The notes under the pieces are model-generated. The model was given only the letters and a program-made list of their open reading frames with translations, was not told the DNA's origin and did no database searches. A program made the position numbers and the translations under genes. A DNA stretch of 64,000 nt, from NCBI GenBank assembly GCA_964580585.1, contig CAZOKZ010000001.1, positions 23,261 to 87,260 on the forward strand, in the 5' to 3' direction. Below, in pieces: positions 61,781 to 64,000 of the stretch (the first letter of the stretch is position 1; the number at the start of each line of letters is the position of its first letter). This DNA is from an uncultured Candidatus Sumerlaeota bacterium. Its GTDB lineage: Bacteria > Sumerlaeota > Sumerlaeia > SLMS01 > JAHLLQ01.

Positions 61781-63535
61781 ATGACGCCCCCGCCAGAACT
61801 CATAAAACTGCGGATTGGGACACGTGGCAGCCGTCTCGCGCTCGCGCAAACCACTCACGTCGCCGAAACGTTGCGTGAGCAGTTTCCCGAAATCGACATT
61901 GAAGTCGTTATTATTCAAACTACCGGCGACAAAATCCTCGATTCTTCTCTATCGAAAATCGGGGGCAAAGGGGTGTTCACCAAAGAAATCGAAGACGCCC
62001 TACTCGACGGTCGAATCGATGTCGCTGTCCACAGCCTCAAAGATCTGCCGACAATCCAACCCAAAGGCCTGTGCCTTGGTGCGATCAGCAAACGCGAGTC
62101 GCCGTTCGATGTATTGATTGCACGCGAACCGCTTGAGATTTCCGCCCTGGGTGCGGAGCATCTTGTTGGCACCTCCAGTCTTCGTCGCCGCGCACAGTTA
62201 CTTCGCCTTAATCCGAACATCGTCATCAACGACTTGCGCGGCAACGTGCCAACCCGTGTTCAACGAATGATCGACGGACAATACACCGCCATTATTCTTG
62301 CTGAAGCCGGTATGAATCGTCTTTCGCAATCAGCGCCATACATTCAACGATTTTCAGCAGAGCAAATGCTCCCAGCCCCCGCGCAAGGCGCTCTTGGCCT
62401 GCAATGTCGCGAAGGCGACGACGCAACGCTCGCCGTGCTGGCGACGTTTCACGACGAGCCAACTGCCGCGTGCTGCAACGCCGAACGCGCACTGCTCCAG
62501 GGTCTCGGCGGAGGATGCCAATTGCCGCTTGGGACGTTGGCGGAAATCACCACCGACGGGAAACTGAAATTGCGCGGATGCGTGGTATCTCTTGCCGGGG
62601 TCCGTTGTATCCAAGACATGGTCGAAGGAGATTGCAACGACCCCGTAGCGTTGGGGCGCGCATTGGCCGAGCGATTGCTCGCCAAAGGAGCGGATGAAAT
62701 TTTGCATGAACTCGGCGTCGATAGTTCCAACACCGGATTCGACGACGCCGTGGCACGCAGCAACGCTCTCGACCGACGTCCTCTCGGTGGACGCAAGGTT
62801 ATCGTCACGCGCGATGAAGACGCCGATGGACCACTGAGCACTGCGATTCGCGATGCGGGCGGCCATCCCGTCTGCTTGCCGCTGATCAAGCACGCTCCGC
62901 CCGAAAACCCTGCTCCGTTAGCCGAAGCTGTCGCACGCATCGACGAATACGATTGGGTCGTCTTCACCAGCGCACGGGGTGTCGAATCGCTTGCTCGACC
63001 ACTCAAAGGCCTCCGTCCCCGCATTGCCTGCGTGGGCAAGGCAACCGCGCGCGCCGTTGAAAAAGCCGGAGGCACCGTAGATTTCGTATCACCGCATTCC
63101 ATGGCTGCCGGGTTGATCGGCGCATTTCAGACGATGACGGATATCGCCGGAAAACGAGTGTTTTACCCACGTGTCGATATTGCGTCCGAGCATTTCAAGG
63201 AAGCGCTGGAAGCAATGGGTGTCGAAGTGGACGACGTGATCGCCTATCGTACGGTTCAAACCGGCGCTCTCGACAGCGTCGTAAACGCTCTTCGTTACGA
63301 TAAACCTCTCGCCATCACGTTTTGCAGCGCGTCCTCCGTCGAGCCCATCGCCAAGTTGATTGCCAATAATAATCGCACCATGTTCGATGATGTGATTATC
63401 GCATCGATTGGTCCTTCAACATCCACGGCTTTATGCGAAGTCAATCTTGCCCCTCACGTTGAAGCAAGCGAACGGTCTTTCAATGGACTTGTCGATGCGC
63501 TTGTTGAACACGTTAAAACTTCTCCGTCCCCATGA
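61781..63535 (+). CDS. hemCD: Fusion of porphobilinogen deaminase (N-terminal) and uroporphyrinogen-III synthase (C-terminal).
   Basis: HemC motifs (RIGTRGS.LA..Q, dipyrromethane Cys region) followed by a HemD-like domain of about 250 aa in one ORF. Confidence 0.85.
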   Translation: MTPPPELIKLRIGTRGSRLALAQTTHVAETLREQFPEIDIEVVIIQTTGDKILDSSLSKIGGKGVFTKEIEDALLDGRIDVAVHSLKDLPTIQPKGLCLGAISKRESPFDVLIAREPLEISALGAEHLVGTSSLRRRAQLLRLNPNIVINDLRGNVPTRVQRMIDGQYTAIILAEAGMNRLSQSAPYIQRFSAEQMLPAPAQGALGLQCREGDDATLAVLATFHDEPTAACCNAERALLQGLGGGCQLPLGTLAEITTDGKLKLRGCVVSLAGVRCIQDMVEGDCNDPVALGRALAERLLAKGADEILHELGVDSSNTGFDDAVARSNALDRRPLGGRKVIVTRDEDADGPLSTAIRDAGGHPVCLPLIKHAPPENPAPLAEAVARIDEYDWVVFTSARGVESLARPLKGLRPRIACVGKATARAVEKAGGTVDFVSPHSMAAGLIGAFQTMTDIAGKRVFYPRVDIASEHFKEALEAMGVEVDDVIAYRTVQTGALDSVVNALRYDKPLAITFCSASSVEPIAKLIANNNRTMFDDVIIASIGPSTSTALCEVNLAPHVEASERSFNGLVDALVEHVKTSPSP

Positions 63536-63542
63536 GGTAACC

Positions 63543-64000
63543 ATGAAAACTCTTTCGACCGAATCGAGCCAATCTCTCTTTGCAAAAGCCCGCAACTTAA
63601 TGCCCGGCGGGGTAAACTCGCCGGTGCGTGCATTCAAGTCAGTTGGCAGCACACCACGATTTATCGAAAGCGCCGATGGCAGTTGTCTGTGGGATGTCGA
63701 TGGGAACGAGTTGATCGATTACATTGGTTCGTGGGGACCGATGATCCTGGGGCACGGACACCCGGATATCGTTAAAGCCGTCACGCGTCAGGCGGCCATC
63801 GGCATGAGCTACGGCGCGCCGACAAAACTCGAAGTTGAAATGGCCGAAATCATTACCAAAATCGTCCCCTCCATCGAAGTCGTCCGCATGGTCAACTCGG
63901 GGACCGAAGCGACCATGAGCGCCATTCGTTTGGCTCGTGCCGCCACAGGTCGCGATCTGATCGTAAAGTTCGAAGGTTGTTACCATGGTCACGGCGACGC
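63543..64000 (+). CDS. hemL: Glutamate-1-semialdehyde 2,1-aminomutase, 3'-truncated by the window end.
   Basis: N-terminal [13 protein letters not shown] ... [12 protein letters not shown] characteristic of HemL. Confidence 0.85.
   Translation, partial: MKTLSTESSQSLFAKARNLMPGGVNSPVRAFKSVGSTPRFIESADGSCLWDVDGNELIDYIGSWGPMILGHGHPDIVKAVTRQAAIGMSYGAPTKLEVEMAEIITKIVPSIEVVRMVNSGTEATMSAIRLARAATGRDLIVKFEGCYHGHGD

Noticed and set aside
1-64000. Scan for CRISPR arrays, rRNA or tRNA genes, IS elements, integrases or other phage genes.
   Set aside because: No regularly spaced direct repeats, no tRNA-like T-arm/acceptor pairs in intergenic regions, and no transposase or integrase-like ORFs were seen. The window looks like core chromosome apart from the AT-rich glycosyltransferase gene.

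Overview
About 64 kb of bacterial chromosome at roughly 55% GC, read by eye with no searches run. Coding density is high on both strands, and the gene content points to a Gram-negative (diderm) organism: TolB, a GspF/PilC-type platform protein, WecA-like and Kdo-kinase-like genes. Most genes are housekeeping: gluQ, trpG/pabA-type amidotransferase, nusA, cdaA-cdaR, a DEAD-box helicase, zapA, ftsY, ruvA, miaA, bcp, ubiX-ubiE, prfA (RF1), smpB, xseA, ilvD, aspA/fumC-class lyase, hemA, a hemC-hemD fusion and hemL. I found no rRNA, tRNA, CRISPR array, IS element or prophage. The points worth a second look are these. (1) A 9-11-mer, TCTCCGTCCCC / GGGGACGGAGA, occurs about 20 times in both orientations and several reading frames, and forms inverted-repeat hairpins at convergent gene ends, which is reminiscent of DNA-uptake-sequence behaviour. 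(2) An ECF sigma factor has no stop codon before a downstream single-pass membrane protein of unknown fold, and that module is tandemly duplicated together with about 40 nt of upstream sequence. (3) A secreted protein carries six LIM-like CxxC zinc-finger repeats fused to a DA1-like HExxH peptidase domain. (4) RadC carries an extra N-terminal HhH-GPD (endonuclease III-like) domain. (5) A low-molecular-weight PTP-like domain with Ser in place of the catalytic Cys is fused to a C-terminal J domain. (6) A DUF58 gene, a DUF4129-like membrane protein and a beta-class DNA methyltransferase form one apparent operon with no MoxR ATPase. (7) An aldo/keto reductase has an in-frame TGA at a conserved Cys/Thr codon. 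(8) IlvD carries an NTF2-like insertion of about 140 aa. (9) An AT-rich gene (about 40% GC) encodes a polytopic GT-C-like membrane protein. (10) A ZapB-like protein is extended by internal 84-nt tandem repeats and is co-operonic with zapA.
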